This document shows, piece by piece, positions 62,294 to 64,000 of a stretch of DNA of 64,000 bases (the stretch's first letter is position 1; the number at the start of each line of letters is the position of its first letter). The stretch comes from an uncultured Opitutaceae bacterium (lineage in GTDB: Bacteria; Verrucomicrobiota; Verrucomicrobiia; Opitutales; Opitutaceae). The notes under the pieces were generated by a model. That model saw nothing but the letters and a program-made list of their open reading frames with translations, was not told the DNA's origin and did not search any database. Made by a program: the position numbers and the translations under genes. Location: assembly GCA_937983335.1 (NCBI GenBank), contig CALKAB010000016.1, positions 1,106 to 65,105 of the forward strand, in the 5' to 3' direction.

Positions 62294-64000
62294 TCAGACC
62301 GCAGCGGTTTCGGCCGGCTTGATGATCTCGAGCAAGGTGTCGCGCAGGGCGTGGAGGCGGGTGGAGGCGGCGGGACGGGCGGGGTCGGAGCTCTCGATGT
62401 AAAAGGTGTCGATGGCGACGCCGCGCTCCGTGCCGATGCGGGCGAAAGTGATGTCGAAGCCTTGGTCGGAGATGGTTTTGGCGAGCCGGTAGAGCAGGCC
62501 GATCTGGTCGCGGGCCTGAATCTCCACGATGGTGCGCTCCATGGAAAGCTCGTGGTAAACCTCCACGGTGGGGGGGATGGAGGCGTGGGGACCGTCGTGG
62601 CCGTTGGTGGTGAAGCGGCTGGCGGTCTTTTTGGCCTGCGCGAGGATCTCGGGGTAGAGGTCGCGGTTGCTGACGAGGGCGTTCTCGATGGTCTTGGCGA
62701 AGGTTTCCTGGGCGGCGGCGCTCTGCACGACGCCGCGGCCGGGTTCGACGACGTAGAAGGTGTCGATGGCGATGTGGTCGGTGCGGGAGATGACCTTGGC
62801 GCTGAGGATGGAGAGGCCGGCCACGCTGAAGGCCCCGGCGAGCTTGTAGAACAGGCCGGCCCGGTCCCAGGTGACGACGTTCACGATGGTGAGGGAGCGG
62901 TTGAGGTCATCCTGCCAGTCGATCACCGGGCGGAGGGAGCCGACGGAGTCCGCGCCGGAGATGGACTTGAGGAGCCGGTTGACCATCGAGATGTGCAGGG
63001 CAATCTCGTCGGTGTCGGCGTAAACGAAATAGCGCTCCGGCAGCAGGCCGAAGTGGGCGATGATTTCGTCGCTGCTGATGCCGGGGATCTTCCGGGCGAT
63101 GAGTTCCTGTTGGGTCATGAGCTTGCGTTCCTGATAGTTGGCGTGAATGGCGTCGCCAAGATTCAAACGTTCGAGCGTGGTGAGATAAAGGGTGGTGTGG
63201 AGGGTGTCCTTGTAGCCGTTCCAGAGGCTGGCGGCGGTGCCCCGCGCATCGCAGAAGGTGTGGACGTAAAGGTAGTGAAGCTGTTCGGCATCCTCGACGA
63301 TCTCGGCAAAAGCGGCGGCGGTCTGGGGGTCATCAACATCCCGCTTCTGCCAGAATCGTGCCATGATGAGATGATTTTTTATGACGAAGGAAACCACCTT
63401 TCGCATCCGGTCGGGCACGGCCAGCCGGTCCATGATGGGGCCGGCGATACGCACGCCGCTTTCGGCGTGCCCCATGATGCCCTCGGCCTTGCCGATGTCG
63501 TGCAGCAGGAGGATGAGGTAAAGCAGGTCGGGATCGGTGGTTTCGTGGAGCGCCTCCCGGTATTTGAGGGTGCCGGGCCCGGCCTGGGTGAAGACCTCGT
63601 CGAGCTCCCGGATGGTGTTAAGCACATGCACATCGGCCGTGTAGCGGTGATAATACTCGTGCTGCACCATGCAGGTGAGGTGGTCGAACTCCGGGATGAA
63701 GCGTCCGAGCACGCCGAGCTCGTGCATCAGCCGGAGGGTGGGGAAAACCGCGCCGGGCTGGGAAAGGATGGCGCGAAAGCTGGCGTTGGCGTCGGGCGAA
63801 TTCACGACCTCGGGGGTGATGAGGCCGACCTGCCCGCGGATAAGCTCGGCGAGGTGGAAATCCGGCGTGCAGTCCAGTTGCTGGCAGTGGCGGAAGACGC
63901 GGATGAGGCGCGCGGGGTTTTCGGCAAAGACCTGCGGCTTCTCGGCGGCGAGCTCCCGGCCGCGCAGGATGAAGCCATCGAGCCGCTTGGTGCGCTGGTA
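62294..64000 (-). CDS. glnD: [protein-PII] uridylyltransferase/uridylyl-removing enzyme, C-terminal part (gene continues beyond window end)
   Basis: HD domain (LLLHDIGKAEG) followed by two ACT domains. The track ORF starts at an internal GTG (63805), but my hand translation shows the frame stays open to position 64000 (...LDGFILRGRELAAEKPQVFAENPARLIRVF...). Confidence 0.8.
   Translation of the reverse strand, partial: YQRTKRLDGFILRGRELAAEKPQVFAENPARLIRVFRHCQQLDCTPDFHLAELIRGQVGLITPEVVNSPDANASFRAILSQPGAVFPTLRLMHELGVLGRFIPEFDHLTCMVQHEYYHRYTADVHVLNTIRELDEVFTQAGPGTLKYREALHETTDPDLLYLILLLHDIGKAEGIMGHAESGVRIAGPIMDRLAVPDRMRKVVSFVIKNHLIMARFWQKRDVDDPQTAAAFAEIVEDAEQLHYLYVHTFCDARGTAASLWNGYKDTLHTTLYLTTLERLNLGDAIHANYQERKLMTQQELIARKIPGISSDEIIAHFGLLPERYFVYADTDEIALHISMVNRLLKSISGADSVGSLRPVIDWQDDLNRSLTIVNVVTWDRAGLFYKLAGAFSVAGLSILSAKVISRTDHIAIDTFYVVEPGRGVVQSAAAQETFAKTIENALVSNRDLYPEILAQAKKTASRFTTNGHDGPHASIPPTVEVYHELSMERTIVEIQARDQIGLLYRLAKTISDQGFDITFARIGTERGVAIDTFYIESSDPARPAASTRLHALRDTLLEIIKPAETAAV

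Overview
GC-rich (about two-thirds G+C by eye) bacterial chromosomal segment with about 52 protein-coding genes. I found no rRNA, tRNA, CRISPR array, transposase or integrase. Gene content, domain fusions and a distinctive set of intergenic 'word palindromes' suggest a Verrucomicrobiota (Opitutales-like) genome; this taxonomy is inference only.

Layout:
- 1-5.7 kb: housekeeping genes (truncated ybeY-like gene, 7TM-HD hydrolase, phoH, HIT, fabF).
- 5.5-14.4 kb: two paralogous ~660-aa cytoplasmic beta-propeller proteins flank a 1246-aa transmembrane Ser/Thr kinase that carries PEGA repeats and two FGE-sulfatase-like ectodomains.
- 14.6-29.0 kb: a 14-gene, divergently organised, translationally coupled amino-sugar / sugar-acid conversion island. 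It holds 2 DegT aminotransferases, a PhyH dioxygenase, 2 amidohydrolase_2 genes (one degenerate), 2 SDRs, an epimerase-fold protein, a DHDPS-like aldolase, an M20 deacylase, an AGE-family epimerase, a CrtI-like flavoprotein and a UxuA-like dehydratase. A cREC-like receiver-fold gene is embedded in it.
- 29.5-32.8 kb: second kinase paralogue.
- 33.3-37.3 kb: copper cluster (three-domain NirK-like protein, lipoprotein azurin, DUF2249, cupin, Crp/Fnr regulator) preceded by a perfect FNR-type box.
- 37.6-43.7 kb: ECF sigma pair, TPR histidine kinase, YfcC transporter and an orphan family-5 SBP.
- 43.8-51.1 kb: purL, purF, purM-like.
- 51.1-56.5 kb: second sugar module.
- 56.6-64 kb: DEAD-box helicase, HNH protein, ACT protein, GAF histidine kinase, truncated glnD.

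Most unusual signals:
1. A 98-bp block (84-bp leader plus the first 14 nt of CDS) is base-for-base identical in front of the two kinase paralogues, while their coding regions have diverged.
2. A family of intergenic palindromes is built from tandem short words. Both arms of each element carry the same word, but the word differs between elements.
3. Near-exact copies of these intergenic elements sit inside coding sequence, in the kinase juxtamembrane linkers and the PurL interdomain linker.
4. The FGE-like ectodomains lack the catalytic Cys pair.
5. The NirK-like protein has a fused amicyanin-like domain and lacks the catalytic Asp.

All functional calls come from motif and architecture recognition by eye; no database search was possible.
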